A stretch of 64,000 nt of DNA from the human T2T-CHM13v2.0 reference genome, Homo sapiens. The notes below the pieces were generated by a model that was not told where the DNA came from, made no database searches, and was given only the letters and a program-made list of their open reading frames with translations. Below are positions 13,723 through 27,819 of the stretch, in pieces. Numbering within the stretch: the first letter of the stretch is position 1; each line of letters starts with the position of its first letter. Made by a program: the position numbers and the translations under genes. Location: assembly GCF_009914755.1 (NCBI RefSeq), contig NC_060926.1; one strand, written 5' to 3'.

Positions 13723-15887
13723 TGGCCAATTCTTAAGACCCAGTTTTCCACAGAGGGAACTGTGCCCAGATGTTTTGGGTGATTAACCTGCTGGTCCAAC
13801 CCAGACCTGGAGTAGCATGCAGAAGCACATGATGTTGAGGATAAATTCCCTCATGAACAAGTTAGCTGTGCATGTCCAGTAGATCTCTTCTTTCTCAAAT
13901 ATACTTAAGTGGGCCATAAGGGGAAGCAAACTGACATTTAGGTTATTTGAAGGTTTTTTTTTCCTGTTATGTACACATTTTAGTCCCTAAAAAGCCCAAA
14001 GTTTTTTACATGACTGTACTCATGCAATCCATCTTTGAATCACAAAGTGTAAGATATACCTTGCCTTTGGCCTTTCTGTGTGCTGCATGTGCTCCTTCAA
14101 GCAGCTGTGTGAGTCTCACAGTTAGCATGTGGTTTTCACTTCAGTGCTTCCATACTTTAAGTGCTATTATCTCCTCTTATGCCAACTCTTCAACTAACTA
14201 CTCTAATGGCGATCACTTCTTTTAAGATATCTCAGGCAAGGAATATGACTTTCCTACTAATTATTTCATTTAGTTACTCAATAAAAACGTATTGAGTTTT
14301 ATTAAGCTCAGAATCATGTCTAGGATGCTGGGGCTGCAAACATAAATAAGTCATACTCCTTGTTCTTAAACATCTTAGTCTTCTTGTAGAGGTTGTGAGA
14401 AAAATACATGAATAATTAAAATAGAAGGCATAAAAGAGATTAAAAGGCAGGATATTAAAAAGAGAAACAGATTCCTTCCAAAAAGGACAAAAGTAACATT
14501 TACTGAGTATCCCCTATGAAGCACATATTTTAAATATATTATCTAATTTATAATCTGCCTCCACTCTAAAAAGTAGGTAGCATGTTTTCTTTATTTTACA
14601 TAAAAACTTAGATTCAAAAATGTTGACCCACCCCCTTCCCACTCATAAAAAATAGTTAAGTCAATTAAGATCACAAGTAAATTAAAAACCTGTAACTATT
14701 CTGTCTTTGTCTGACATCAAAATCTCATACTCTTTCCATCAGCTGTCAAGCTTCCATAATGCTGTAATTTTAAAACCATAAACACTTTCTCAAAAACCAT
14801 CTCATTTGACTTTCATAAAAACACTGTGAAGAAGGATGGCCTTCTCATTCTACTTTTCAGAAAGAAAAACAAACACTGGAGAGATAAAGGGACTTTTAAG
14901 TAATGACTAAAATGCAAACCCTATCCTGATTTAATGACTCCAACATGGCTTTTCTTTCCACTCTACCATGCTGTCTTTTCCAGATTGGGACATTATCAAA
15001 ATGTCATGGCAAAGAATGCATCTACTTCTGGGCCTTGAGGAATGAACAAGGTTTGGACAGGTGACTACTGGGGCATGAGAAGATATTAGAGTCCGAGAAC
15101 TTGCAAGCAGAGGAAACAATGAGTGGTTATCAACAACAATGTAGCTCAGTTGCTGTCCAAGATAAGTTGCTGCACTGAATCTACCGCAATCAGGCCCCAA
15201 AACACTATGGCATGGGCAATATGCCCAGATGGACTATTTTTTTGTAACAATGTCTATCATACAAATATTCCCAGACAACATAACCTGGAAATTCACATGG
15301 AGTTACATTTTTTGTAATTCCCAAGTTTACTGATTTCTTTCCCCACAAGTTGAGCTCCCTCCTTCAAAGTCTTCCCATCAAATATTCCCCTGAATACACA
15401 GGAGTTGTACAACATATGCTCACAAACAATGAAATTTATGCTGAGCATTCATTCTACTCTATCAGGTCTCACAGTCTCTGTGTATTGATAATTCCCCAAT
15501 TCCAGACAGCTAAGTCTTTCTTTGCAAATCAATTTCAGTCCAGAGATCTCTTTATTTTCAGAATGAGTTTTCTGGAGAAGCTATTCAGAGGTCATCCAAA
15601 TAGACTTCTAGTGGTCATTCTTGCCATTTAATTCAATAAATATACATCAATCATCGATTGTCAATAATGTATCAGGTAGTTATTCATGAAACTTAGCCAT
15701 AAATGTTTATTATCATCTCAAATCAAGTATAGGGCCCTCCTTCTTACATTATGTTGTATTTCTTTTACTTTGTGGAAAAATTTGGGATAGTAGATATTCA
15801 ATATTCCTGAAATATTTTCTATCATGTCCTCCAAATCACATGTACTGATATAAGCCACTAATAGAAAACATTTAAAGTACAACCAGT

Positions 15888-16090
15888 GGCATAGTATGTG
15901 GGATGAGTCAAAGTGGATGAAGTTCAGGTTTTGAGTCTGAAGACAGGGCTTTCTTTGAATCTAGGCACTGCTGTTTGGAAACTATGCAGCTTTAGACAAG
16001 TTTTTTTTTTTTTTTTAACTATCTTGAATCTTGGCAACTACATTTAAAATGTGAATAATCATAATATTGCCTGTTGTGACTAACCAATAA
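15888..16090 (+). mobile_element. MIR fragment with internal T run
   Basis: 'ggcatagtatg...ttgaatctaggcactgctg...tttagacaag' matches the MIR 5' half. Confidence 0.6.
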
Positions 16091-16109
16091 CATTACTGTA
16101 TTAAGTGTA

Positions 16110-16330
16110 ATAGTGAGTTTCTTATGCCTGTACCCACTATGTGTCAGGCTCTTGCGAAGCCCTTTACATGCATTACTGATCATCCTCATTTGCACCCTGC
16201 AAGGGAGGTATTTTTAACTATGGAGGATTATTCTTTGCTCAAGAGCATACAACTGGTACATGGCAGAGACAATATTTAAGCCAGATTTGTTTGACATTAA
16301 AGCCATGTTCGTTTTAGTATACATTGCTGC
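16110..16330 (-). mobile_element. MIR fragment
   Basis: 'cactatgtgtcaggc...tttacatgcatta...tttgctcaagagcatacaactggtacatggcagag'. Confidence 0.65.
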
Positions 16331-17167
16331 TTCTATATAAATATTGTTTTGCTTGGTATTGGTGTTTGTTTTTTAGACCCATAGCCCTTAAAAGAAGTAT
16401 CTGGGTCTTTATGCTCAGGACCTACATCACGTAGAAGCACAAAGCCTGTCCTCCTCACAAAAAAAGTTTCAATAAATATCTGTTGGATGTATAAATGAAT
16501 AATGAAAAATAAATTGTTTCTACTCTATTCTGAACCCTAGGCTAGATAAAGAATATAACATCATCAGCATCTTCGAATATGAAAAGGACACTTTCAACAT
16601 AAACAAATGTATTAAAGTAACCATAGAAACACTTTTAAAAACATAGCAACTCTGACACTCTGTCAACAGCAGCCAATTTCATTAATCAAAAGTGGAGGGG
16701 GGAAAGTTTTTACATTATTCTGCCTCAAAACCAAAATTGATTTAATACCTTTTGAAAATTTTTAAGCTATTTCAAAACCTCAGGTAAAAAAAAAACATTG
16801 GTATTTTAAATGAAAGTAAGAAATAATGTCTATGTTCATGCAAAGTGTCAAGGCTGTGATTTTCCCATAGTTTTACATTCCTCTGAGTAAAATGCTATCT
16901 ACATCTCACAACTGGTGGATGTAAAAATTGTGAAACAAAATTGGGCGTAATCCATCAGACTCACACCCCATGCCAACTTTAACCACTCAGTCTCTAGAGC
17001 ACAGAAACTAGGTAAAGATTTACAGGAAAATACTTAAATCAAAAGTGACTGCTATTGATGCGTATCTCCTAGAGGAATTAGTTCTTTCCCCTTTGATTTA
17101 GGTCCCCATGCAGCACTGGGCATTTGTATTTATCTTCTCTCTCCAGCAAACCAAAGCAAAGGTGAGT

Positions 17168-17375
17168 GTTTTTGAGTAACTGCTATATATAAGCATAGAA
17201 TGAGGTACTTCCTTCAATCATCACAAGAACCATAAGAGACAGATGATATATCTCTATTTTAAAGATAAGAACATCAAAGGTTGGAGAGGTTAAGTAACCT
17301 GAGCAAGGTCATACAATTGATGAGTAGTGAGACTAGGATTTCAACTCAGTTTGACTGATTCCAAAACTACAGCTG
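17168..17375 (-). mobile_element. MIR fragment
   Basis: 'agaggttaagtaacctgagcaaggtcatacaa...gactaggatttcaactcagtttgactgattccaaa'. Confidence 0.75.
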
Positions 17376-18741
17376 ATCCCCCAGAAGGACAAAGGATGGC
17401 TTAGCAGAACTAGAGGTTTTTAAAGTATCAAATTAAAAGTCAAACCTAACATGAACTGAAAGAAAACAGTTGTTTAAATATTGTTTTAGGATAAGGGACT
17501 TAAAGGGGAGAGGGAGAAGCAAATGGGTAGAGGAGGGAGAGGAGGAAAGGGGAAGAGGTAGGGTAAAAGAGAAGGAGTGAGAACAGATTATTCATGAAAT
17601 AGGTACACTGATTTCTGGCATTCTATATGAATCTTTTGTTTTGGTGGAGGAGAGGGGATAAAGGTGCTCTAAAATGCCTAAGTGCAATGAGTTTAACTGC
17701 ATTTCTTGCTCTATATACTCTCTGCAGTAACATGATGATCTTTCAGACTTCTGAAGTTGGAGCTATTTCTAGTGGCATTTGACCTGCTGTAACTTTGTTG
17801 TCTGCACAACAGGCAGGAGAAACACTGGGAAAGAGACTCCACTCACAGTTGAGGGCTGAACTCAGCCCCAAGTGGTGCATTTAGAGATATTATTCATACC
17901 CAAATATACATTGGCCTCACTCTTAGCTACTCAGCTTACTCCTTTCTTTCCTTTTTGCCACAAATCAATTTTTAGACTTCATATTTTGATGCTTTTCCTA
18001 GCTACGTGATTGGTTTTTCTTAATAGGAATTATAGATTTTTATTATCTAAATGCAGTTTGCCATTTTAAGACACTTGTTTCCTTTTCCTGCCTCTGTTCC
18101 AAGAAACTTCTACCCTAGTATCACATGTTTGGGCAACTATCTGACTTTGTTCACATCAGACACATGATCAAGGAACGTACAATAAGTCAATGACTTAGAT
18201 CAACAGTTTTCAAACCTCACTACACAATCACATGGAGAGATTTCAGAAAATATTGATACCTAGCCCCCATGCTGGACCAATTAAACCAAAATCTCCAAAG
18301 GTGGTGCTCAGGCAGAAATACAGTTCAGATCTTTTAACTATAGGACAATGTTTCTACTCTGATGACTATCTTGAAAAGCTCCATAAGCCTGGAGTCACAG
18401 AGAAACTTCTTCCATCCAGTGAGCCCAAGTTCTGATTTGAATTATATTTCTGCATCAGGCTATTTCTCTGGCAGGCCAACACAATGAATATCAAGTTCAG
18501 TCAATAACATGGAAACTTTATGTGGTTGTTGTGTATCATTCAAAGCAACGCTGCAGTTTACTAACTGACATTTTCTTATGTCAGTGGGTGATTTGTGGCC
18601 CATTGACAGAGATGTATTATGACTGAGCCACCTGGTTTTACTACCTGTTGGGAGGACTAACAGCATTTGGGGGTCACCTGTCATCTGCAAAAATAAGTGA
18701 TGTGAGTCCCAAATTCTACCTTTTTTCCCTACAACTCCTCA

Positions 18742-18960
18742 GACCTGGGTTGCAAACTCAGATATCCACAGGAGTCAGGTAGGTAATATAAGTGATAAAA
18801 GGAGTTTTAGGTGGGGGCCCAGCTAGTTCATGGGGGCAGATGCTATTTAGCTCTGACCATTTGTTTTCATGAGGCAACGTGGGTTTTTGTTGCCTTTGGC
18901 TTTGTTTTACTATTTTCTGCATAGTTATATATTCAAGTCCCAGATTCTTTAATAGCAACT
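18742..18960 (+). mobile_element. Ancient hAT-type non-autonomous element (MamRep38-like)
   Basis: Starts 'gggttgcaaactcagatatccacaggagtcaggtaggtaatataa' and ends 'gcaact'; family from recall. Confidence 0.45.
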
Positions 18961-20952
18961 TCAGGTAACCACATTACCTATTAAAAAATCTGAATTCCAA
19001 AATCTAGAATTCCAAGCCCTCCACCAAATGACTCTCTCATATTCTCCAACCTCACTTATTTTTACTCTTCAGTATAGAGTTCTGGCTTTTTCAAATACAC
19101 CTTTCTGATACTGCACATAACTTGTTGATTCCCACCTCATCATTTGTGTTAGTCTTCCCAGTTGAAATAAGCTCTCTATTCTCCTCTATTCCACTCATCC
19201 AGTCCTTCACCTCTTCCTTTACTTTTGTCTTGTGTCATTATTTCTCCAACTACTCAACTTCTCTTGTCACTTTCCCCCAAGACCTTCCAAATATTCTTGT
19301 TTCTTTTGCTCTCTTCAGAAATAACAAGCCACCATCTAAAACTACCAAATAATCACCTCTGCCCTCTGACTTTATAAGAAGCATTATTAACATTATTGTA
19401 TAAAAAGAAGTTGCTTGAATAAGCACGATAAAGCTCCATTTACAACTTGCCTTTATTCAGTAATGCCACAAGTTCAGTGAAGCCACAAATTCAGTCACAT
19501 CCTTCATGTATGTGTGATCTATGCTACATTTTATGTGATGTGAAGGTGAGCTAGGATGCATTTATTCCCTCATCCGTAAACAATAGCGACTCAGCAAAAG
19601 TATATTTTCTCTCTGCACCGACATATTGCTCGGTAATATTAGTTAATTTAATCAAATTACAAATTAAAAAGCCATAAACCTAAAGTATCACAGAGGTGCT
19701 AAAACACTGTTTTCCTGTTTCTTGTACCTTGAAACTCTAGGAATATCATCCCACAACAGGGCTTGTAGAAAAGACCTTAAGAAAAAAAATTTGCAAAATA
19801 GCACTCAAGCACAATTAAAATCATCAAGTGATGACATTTAGATCTCCCTATTCTTCAAATCATAAGTCATCATCAGAATTGTGACAAATATTTTGTCTAG
19901 CTACTCACTAAAGAAATACAGCCACTCAGGCTAGATGCTAAATCAAATAAAATTTAAAATCCTCTGAAATCAATTTCAGAGTAAATGTAAATGGAAAACC
20001 CATAAGTTACATTGATTAATTTAAGTACATCCAATTTTTATAGGAAATTTTTGCTTATAAAATAAGAGACTCTGGTTCAAAAGAAATAATTTTTATCTTA
20101 AAGTCATAAATTGACATCATAGCATTAAATTGTTTTTATAAGGAATGAAATTCTAAAAATTGAATTATCTTTTTGAGTATAACTTTATATTACTATAAAT
20201 CTGTATTTGGGCGACATACAGAATAAATATGGAAATTTTCTTTTTGCCTTAAGGAAACTATTCTTGAAGCTCATTAAATGTTTCTTTTTATTTGTTTATT
20301 TTCTGTTTATATTTTTAAAACTCTCACATTTCCAACCAAATTCTGTCCCAGCTTTGAAGCAAGAGTCCTGTACTTTACTAAGGCATTTTTTCTGCTAAAC
20401 AAGAAACAAAATGTGTTCAATGAAATAAAGACACAAGTGTGCTTTATAATATATTAAGGACTCTGCAGATTTCCTGATTATTTGTCAAAAAAAATTGCTC
20501 CTATTTTTCAGAGCTGTAGATTAAGATATGTAAGCAATTATAATTTTTTTAAGATCTCAAAAGACTGTGTATGGTGCAGTAAGAGAAGTATTTTCTTCTG
20601 AGAGAGGGAAAGCATTATGAACCCAGAATTTTGAAACAAGTAATTGGAGGAAGTGAATTTATTTGTTTTGCAACAGGACTTGTAAGCATGTCTGGTATAT
20701 AAAGTTTGTATGTAAATAAAACTTTTATGCTTCAGATTACTTTGGAGGTTTCTAAGTAGATGTGTTTCAGTGATACTCTGAATGCAGCAACCTAAGCACT
20801 CTGGGGTAAACAGGGAGGAAGGGGCCTGTAGAAGAGTAAAAAGAAGGGTTTGGGGTATTGCTAAGTAAAGTCAGTGCAACACCACAGAATGGATTGCAGC
20901 TGGGGATTCTGAGTGTCACATTATAAGTAATATGGGGAGAAAAAGATATCCA

Positions 20953-21252
20953 GGCCAGGCGCGGTGCGGCTCACGCCTGAAATCCCAGAACTTCGGGAGG
21001 CCAAGGCGGGTGGATCACAAGGTCAGGAGATCGACACCATCCTGGCCAACGTGGTGAAAACCCGTCTCTACTAAAACACAAAAAATTAGCTTGGCATGAT
21101 GGCACATGCCTGTAGTCCCAGCTACTCAGGAGGCTGAGGCAGCACAATTGCTTGAACCCAGGAGGCGGAGGTTGCAGTGAGCCGAACTCATGCCACTGCA
21201 CTCCAGTCCGGTGACAGAGCAAGACTCCGTCACACACACACACACACAAAAA
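20953..21252 (+). mobile_element. AluSc-like element whose tail is largely (CA)n
   Basis: Full dimeric Alu with 'ggtcaggagatcga..ccatcctggcc' and the 1-nt-short 'ccggtgacagag' end; CA repeat at 21231-21248. Confidence 0.92.
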
Positions 21253-21303
21253 TCTTACTTCAACACCAGTTTACACACCTGGGTGCAATGAAGAGATTAT
21301 AGA

Positions 21304-21497
21304 GCAGTGTTTCTCAAAGGTTGGCCCTTCCACTATCTGACTCAGAATCACCTGTGCCACTTGTTACGTAGGACATCTAGGGTCCCACCCCAGACCTGAC
21401 CTATGAAATCAGAATTGCTATGCTCAGGACCTAGGAATCAGCATTTTTAAATCTCCCCTGGGGATTTCTAGGTACCCCAAACTCTGAAAAGTACTAC
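21304..21497. mobile_element. MER5-family MITE
   Basis: 'cagtgtttctcaaag...cagaatcacctg...gggtcccaccccagacct...aatcagaat...gcatttttaa'. Confidence 0.7.
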
Positions 21498-24400
21498 AGA
21501 AAACCCATTAGGATAAAATCACAACCTTTGGCACTTGGGAAACCAGGTTTGAATTGCAGCTCTCTGAGATGAACAGGAACAATAACAGTGCTCGCTTCAC
21601 AAGACCATTGTTGAGGATTAACTTAATGAGACAGTATATGAGGCGTGAAGAGTAGGTTCTCCATCAATGGTACTATTAATATTCCATATCAGGGTCCTTA
21701 ATACAAATGCACACTCACAAATGGGCAGCCCCTGCTGCATAAGGGAGATGAGAACCAGAATTCTGAGGAATGCTTTGAGGCACCAAAGTTTTCTGTCTGC
21801 TGCTGCAGGTATTGAAACATCTTTAGAGCAGCACAACTTAATTTTCTCTTTGCAAAGCAAAGTTCAATTTGACATGAATCAGGGCACTAATGCATTTACA
21901 TATACACCAAAAGTGATGGACTTTTGTGCTTCTGTGAATTAGGAATCAAGACTCATTTACATAATGTTTAGAAAGCTCACAAACTTTGTATTTTGTCTAA
22001 AATAATTGTGATTCTCCAAGGTTTTCCCAACTGTGCCAATTTGGCTGGGGCTGCTTGCTTGGATTGCCAGCCTGCATCCAGATTTCTCAGTCTAATCTTT
22101 GGCAAGATACTACTAACTCCAGTTTCAGGACCAAGTGACTGGCAGCAGCCCAAGAGCCTAAGTGTGCACTCCTGCCAAATTAACACCGGCCAGGAAAAGC
22201 CTTCAAGAGTGTGAAACAAAAGAGATTCCTTGCCCTCAATACAGAACTCAGCTGAGCAGGCCACCCTGCAGCTGGTCAAAGGGGCATCCTCACTCCTGAA
22301 GTTCAGGGGAGTCCACAGCTAAAGATGCCATTAGAGGCACCATGGAGGCAGAGTGGAAAACTTTTCATCCTGCCCCGTAATTCAGATATAAAAAGGGGGG
22401 AAGGAAGGACCTGTGTCAAATTGGTTTGTGTCATATAAAATAACATCCCAGTGATGGGTAAGTATTTTATCTGTCTTGGTCATATATTCAGGGATTATGT
22501 AGACAGCAAGAAGGTGAAGTGTGAGCTCTTAATTATCTGAATATTTGATCAATACTTACAGTCCAGCTAACCAGTTCACTTTATGTCCTAAATTATCTTT
22601 CTATGCAGCCTACCTTGATCAATAGACCATAAAATTGCCAAACGCGCATTTCACTTTATAATCTATGCTAATAAATATAACCTGCTAATAAATATAGCAG
22701 TGGTGGCATAGCCAGTAAACTTCACAATTCTGAACATATTTATTTTATACTGCCACTTTTAAGCATCAGAATACTAAAGATATAGTCGTTTAGTCATAGG
22801 AGTTATATATATTAGGGAATCATCTTGGTCCAGCTACTCACAATACACTTGGGAAAAGTGAAATCCAGAACAAGCATCACCAAACCTGGAACTCAGCTTT
22901 AATTAGAATACATAAATTATTCTTTGTTCTTTTTCAAGTCTATGAGCTATTTAATCATAAATAGGAAGAAATGATATTTCTTCCCGTTTTATCATAATTC
23001 AAGTAATTTGGCAATTTATTAACAGCTTCTCTCCAAAGATTTTGTTCCAGGACTATTTTCAACATTTGTCCTGAAAGTTAACATTCAATCTGTTAGCTCC
23101 AATTGTCTCAGATTTGACAAATTAGGTTATCTTGTTACAGGCTTAATAACATTTTCTCCTGCATCTATTCTAAGACCCCTGATAATGCAGAAAAATGTCT
23201 TCTGAAACTCAAAAAGGAAATGAAGTCAGTATAAGTAAATTGTATTCATGTGTATAGTCAATTAAATACACAAAGTATGTGCAAGTATTAGAGGGTAGAT
23301 GTGCATATTAGTAAATGCATGCAGGTTAATTAAAAGAGCACAACTGTAAAAGTTATCAATGTTTGGTTCATATCTTTCGGATTTAGGGCATAAGATACCC
23401 TTTTCCCTATGTAATCAGAAAAGCAAATTGTGTCAAGCCAAAAGACCATGCTGTTGAAAACACCTGAAGCTAATTATCCTAGGGGGCACCAACAGAACTA
23501 GTTGAAAAATGCAAATTTTAGTCAATTTTTGTGTTTTCCAAAATGCCAAGTAACTACCTGGACTCATTTTAGCACAGACTTGGCCAAATAATGTTATTTG
23601 TTGAACATCTAAAGTGCCAAGGTAACCAAGTCACCCAGTTGCTTTGACATCATCTTAACTCAAACACAATATGCATATTTTCAATCAATTTACTTTGGAT
23701 TCATTTTTATATATGAAACATGGTCAGTGTTCCATGAACACATTTTCAGAGGAAAGATTGCTATAAATATGATGTGATAATGACTGGAATGTTTCAGGGA
23801 AGGACAGGAGGAGAAAAGAAGGCAAGTGCAAACTCTCATAAAATTTAAAATAAACTGTGAACTAAGACTTGGCATTTCATCATTTTTAAACCAAAATCTA
23901 ATTAGTAAGTTCTGTCCTTTAAAAGAATGTTGCAAGCTTTTCCTTAAATAAATATTCAATTCAAGCTTTGAAAGAGTAATGCTTAAGACTTTTGCTATAA
24001 CAATAAATTCAGCTTTCAAAATTTGAAACAAAAACAATATGGGGGTAAGAACAACATAGATAGGTAAATAGATAGAAAATAGATTTGTAAATAGATAGGT
24101 AAATAGATTTGAAAAGTCTCAATTAAAAATATAGGCTTTGATTTTGGATCTCTATTAGTTGTTTATAATTTAATCCTCCCTTAATGTGGATTTTAGACTT
24201 ATAATAGAAAACTATCAATATAAAAAGAAATTTTTCCGTTATAAAGAAGAAAAAATATCAACCCCTTAAAACAATTTCCATGCTTAAGCTTTAAATTTTA
24301 GTTTTGAGTCTTGAGTTTCCTGGAAGCAAAGAAAAAAAAATGACAAAAAAACTACATACTTCTATTTATCATAGAAAACATTACTTCTTAAAGAGATATA

Positions 24401-26972
24401 GCTTTTTTCTCAAACCAAATTAAGGTAAAATCAAAAGGCAATAGATAAAATTTTGATGATTATTTTACAAAGAATTAAGAAACAAATATTCTTTACATTA
24501 CCTCTTCTTATATTGAGGCTGAATAAAACAGAGGACATAACAATTAAACCTAACTCATGGTTTTATGTCCATATACTATACTAAGTGAATGCAAGACTTA
24601 GGTGTTGGGGATATATATGTTCAAAGTCTGAACATATATATGAACATAATATGAAACAAATCATATTAAGCATCAAACCTTTTGCCTAATAGAAAATTAA
24701 AAATTTTATATAAACTTGCTGGTAAAAGCGCAATGAAGAATAAAACTTAGAATATATCAAAAGGCACATGAGCAGGTTACTTTGCCTCTTCTTGCATGTC
24801 ATTTCTCTCAGAAGCATAAAATTTTCAGTTCACTTTAAACCTTGGAAATGCCTAGAGAGTCAACATTCTATTTGGCTAGTTGATATCAAAATATTTGAGC
24901 CTTTGTTTGTCTAATAAACATGTAAGTCTAGAGATTCTGGGTTGAGTACAGGGCAACACACACTTCAGGCTTTTAATCTGTAAAAAGAATTCTCTTGAAA
25001 GTCCAGCTCAGTTTTCTGAATTATGTCAAAGCTGCACCTAATAATACATTGATCCCTTAGTTCTGTTTCATGATCTTCCTTGGGGAACCCTCATAGGATA
25101 GTAAGGGGTCTTGTCCAAGTGTTCAAGTTAGACTTTTGGTATTTCTAACATCATCCAAATTCCTGGGAATGGAGATCAGGACAGAAACTCAATTCTGTGA
25201 ACATGGTTCCCCATGTTCACAGAAAAGTGAACCCTTCTGGTTGATATGAAAGGCTTGAAGTTAATGTAGGTGTGAGACAATATGTTTTATTAATTCCAGA
25301 GTCAATAAATTATTAGCCATTGACAGTGTAAGAGTAAACTAGGCATAGGCCTTCTATACAGAAAAAGTACTCTCCATTTCCAAAAAATATAAAACCCAAT
25401 AGAGAAAGCTAGATAGTAAAACAGTCTCATATGTAGTCTACAGATGAACAGCTTAGAGAAAGCAAGGTATAGTGAAAAGGATTTGAACTATAGAGAAAAA
25501 GGAAACTATATTCTCAACCCAATTTAGCTGTTTTCTAGGATTCAGCTCAAGTTAGGTGAACTCACTGGATCTCAGATTTCGTTGTGTATCTTTCAGTTTG
25601 TAGCAAAAATTAAAGATGGTAAACGTAAAACACCTAGCACAATTCAGACACATAGAAGACACTCAATATTATTAAAGATGCTAAAGTATGCAGAAACTAA
25701 TCATTTTTGTCAAGAACTGGTAAATATTTCGGACAATTTAAATAAGACAAAATAGTAGCAGTTAAGCTAAATGTCATAGGTTTTCCACTCGAAACAAGAT
25801 ACTTTCAGCAGAATGTGACTGCTGTTTCCCTTGGTTTCTTCACAACTCAGGGGATGTCTAGTGAAATAAAGTATATAGACTCCAGGACCAAGAATCACGA
25901 GTCCAAATCTTGGATTTTAGAGTTAAATATGGTAAACAAAATAAGTGGAACCAGGTAGATTCATCTTCAGATGTGAGAAATCACTTTAACTTTTTCTAAA
26001 TGAAACAGGACAATATAGATAATAATATTTAAATCATCAATAAAGTTTTTCTTAAATTGTTGTGGGGTATTTTTTCCTACTAGAACCACAGGCTTTGCAA
26101 AAATATATTCTAAGAAACTCACTGGATAAACCCATTAGTGTTTCTGCATTTCTGTGTTTGATATAACTTGCTAGGTAAAGGCAAACAAGAAGCTAGAGCC
26201 ATGCTATCTTACAAAGCCATCATCTATTAAATATATCCCTTTGAAGGAAAAGACTTTTTTAATGAAGAAGAGAGTAGTCCTACATTGGGAAGTCCTATGA
26301 CATTAAATGGGGCAATTAAATGGGGGTAAATAATGGGAAAATTGAGTTATAAAAAAGTATTTCTATAAATTCCTATTCTTGGGATCAGCTCCATTTATGT
26401 AAGGGAAATACATAGAAAATATTTTTAACTCAAATATTTTAGTCTGACTAAGAGTAATCAGAGAATAATATTCTCACTAAATATGGGAATTGACTTACAG
26501 ATGAAGAAAGACATTTAAAAGAACTACTAATTCTCTGAAAGGATTTTTTAAATTTTATGCAAGTGTTTCCCCAGTGCTATATTGTGCAATACTAGTCATT
26601 CAATAACCTTCATTTAAAAGAAAGTACTAAGGCCATATAAAGTTGGAAACAGAAAAATCACTTTCCCTCTCTTACAGAGTCATAATGTACATTAACATAT
26701 TGAGAGTTTTGAGAAGTCCTGAAGATAAAGTACCCCATTCAATGTCATAGGACCTCCCCAAGTATGACCACACAATCCATTCCTAAGTAATTTCAGCAGA
26801 AATAGTTTTTCATTGGAGCATATTTAGGGAAAGACTGCTCTAAGGTGAGAGAAGAATGTAACATGCAGAAGGAGACTTATAGCCTATGAATTGTTATCAG
26901 ATATTATCAGATAGCTGTTCAAATATACAATATATGCCTATAAACTATGTAATTGTAATAGCAAATATAATA

Positions 26973-27345
<373 letters not shown>

Positions 27346-27391
27346 TCATTTTTACCTCAACTGAATACAACATTTTTATGATTTTAACCCA

Positions 27392-27819
27392 TACTATGGT
27401 TTGGATACGGTTTGTTTGACCCTGCCAAGTCTCATGTTGAAATTTGATCTCCAATCTTGGAGGTGGGGCCTGGTAGGAGGTGTTTGAGTTGTGGAGGTGG
27501 ATCCTTCATGAATGCAGTAATAAGTGAGTTCTCACTCTATTAGTTCTTGCAAAAACTAACTGTTAAAAAGAGCCTGGCACCTCCCTCCCCTTCCTCTTGC
27601 TCCTGCACTCTTGCTATGTGATCTCTGCATGCCAGCTCCCCTTCTGCTTCCATTCAATTTCTGCCATGAGTAGAAATTTCCTGAGGCCCTCACCAGACCC
27701 AAATGCTGGCACCATGTTTCTCATGCAGCCTGCAGAACAGTAAGCCAAATAAACCTCTTTTATTTGTAAATTATCCAACCTCAGGTATTCCTCTATAGCA
27801 GCACAAGCAGACTAAAACA
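27392..27819 (+). mobile_element. MSTB-like MaLR solo LTR
   Basis: 'tactatggtttggata...ctcatgttgaaatttgat...aaataaacctctttt...gactaaaaca'; 5-bp TSD accca/actca. Confidence 0.88.

Noticed and set aside
17502-17584. Purine-rich GA tract (triplex/G4 candidate)
   Set aside because: Irregular low-complexity sequence without clear mirror symmetry; common in mammalian DNA.
22666-22696. Duplicated AATAAA (tgctaataaatata x2) as a polyadenylation site
   Set aside because: A simple 17-bp-period duplication with no associated terminal exon.
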